DNA from: Neocallimastix sp. 'constans' | Taxonomy: Eukaryota | Length of the DNA: 53,836 nt | NCBI GenBank assembly: GCA_050613775.1 | Contig: JBODTK010000100.1 | Location: forward strand, 558,001 to 611,836 | Reading direction: 5' to 3' | Shown here: piece after piece, positions 52,628 through 53,836 of the stretch | Layout: every line of letters starts with the position of its first letter | Position numbering within the stretch: position 1 is the first letter of the stretch | The notes under the pieces: model-generated | The model's input: only the letters and a program-made list of their open reading frames with translations | The model's database searches: none | Told to the model about the DNA's origin: nothing | Position numbers and translations under genes: made by a program

Positions 52628-53710
52628 TTAATTTTTCAAATAAGCTTCATAGGTATTAATGTAATATACTGTAAGTATATAATAAACGACCTACATTTAT
52701 ATAGTATTAAAAAAAAAATGTTTTATTTGATAAAAAAATAGGATTAGATTTAATTATAAATAATATATTTATAAAGACTTACCTCCATTATAAGATAGAT
52801 TGTCCTCGTAGGTAAAACTGCACAATTACGCTTATTTTCTTCCTTTTCACTTTTTGGTGTAAATTCTTTAATAAAATTAATAAATGATTTGATTATTACT
52901 GCAATGAAACCATATTTAAATATTAGCATGTAAGTTAAATTACCCTAATTATTTTTTATTTTATTTTAATGCATTGTTATTTATATATATATTATTTTTT
53001 TTTTTTGAAATTTTAAAAATAATATATATTAATATTTATTATTAATGATATAAATTATAATTAATAATCAAAATCAAAAAGAAATTTTAATTAATTAATT
53101 AATTAATTATTTTTTAAATTATATATGTTATTTTAAGAATTTTTTTAATTATGTATTATCATTATTATTTTTAATTATTATTATCATCATTATTATTATT
53201 ATATATAATGTCAATTAATTTATAATTATTTTACCTTATTAATACCATTGAGAAGACTTCCTAAAATAAAAATTTTATAAATTAAATAAGTTATTTCGAA
53301 TATAGCAGAACAGCATTCAAATTGGATTTTTTTTCTTAGGAACAGAATCCCTATAAAACCAAAAACCAACAAAATAGATGCTAATATCTATGAAATAAAT
53401 TAATATAAAAAATAAAATGCCTGTTATTTCATTATTACTTAAATTTTATTAATTAATTCATGATAACTTAATTTAAATTATAATACAATGTTTGTAATAA
53501 TTGAGATATTTTACTTTCTTTTATTCATATATTAAACTCCATTAACTCCATTAAATTTATATATATCATATATTTTCAAATATATTAATTATTAATTAAT
53601 TACTTACAATCATAAAAATAGTAAAGAATTTGATAAATTTAACAGATTTACTATTACTAATGTTCTTTTCTTTATTCGTATTAGTACATGAATCCGCATT
53701 AGATAAATTT
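52628..53710 (-). CDS. 3' four exons of a tandem paralogue of the LRR-4TM gene (5' part beyond the window)
   Basis: Exons encode NLSNADSCTNTNKEK..FFTIFMI / ILASILLVFGFIGILFL..ILGSLLNGINK / GNLTYMLIFKYGFIAVII..YLIME / VVYYILTVYYINTYEAYLKN*, colinear with 46526-47587 and with the same intron phases. Confidence 0.8.
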
Positions 53711-53836
53711 CTTAAATATATATATTTATATATATAAAATATAATTTAAAATTATTACGTTAAAATTAATATAAAATGATTATAAATAAAAATAACTTTT
53801 AAAATAAAATATAAATAAAATATAAATAAAATAAAT

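Overview
Extremely AT-rich eukaryotic DNA with GT-AG introns and long homopolymers. Composition, intron style and gene content suggest an anaerobic gut fungus (Neocallimastigomycota); this is inference. Host genes, all on the minus strand: a 5-exon transketolase (20542-23540), an intronless membrane-anchored protein with a bacterial-type cyclophilin-like domain (43818-44456), and two tandem paralogues encoding signal peptide + LRR + about 4 TM helices (46526-49235; second copy partial from 52628). The dominant feature is an ~11.5 kb nest of co-oriented APE/RT non-LTR retrotransposons (8304-19807) from at least three families (called A, B, C here). Target-site duplications (TSDs) indicate that a full-length single-ORF family-B element and a 5'-truncated family-A element integrated as one unit. 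Next to it is an in-frame A-C-A mosaic joined at microhomologies. The B element has a strongly structured, possibly pseudoknotted 5' leader and an N-terminal RRM-like domain fused to the endonuclease via a Ser-rich linker. Also present: a large inverted repeat interrupted by a solo LTR, Mutator-like MITEs, a heavily decayed fourth LINE, a diverged ~1.5-2 kb duplication and many micro/minisatellites. All alignments and RNA pairings were made by eye; boundaries of degenerate repeats are approximate.
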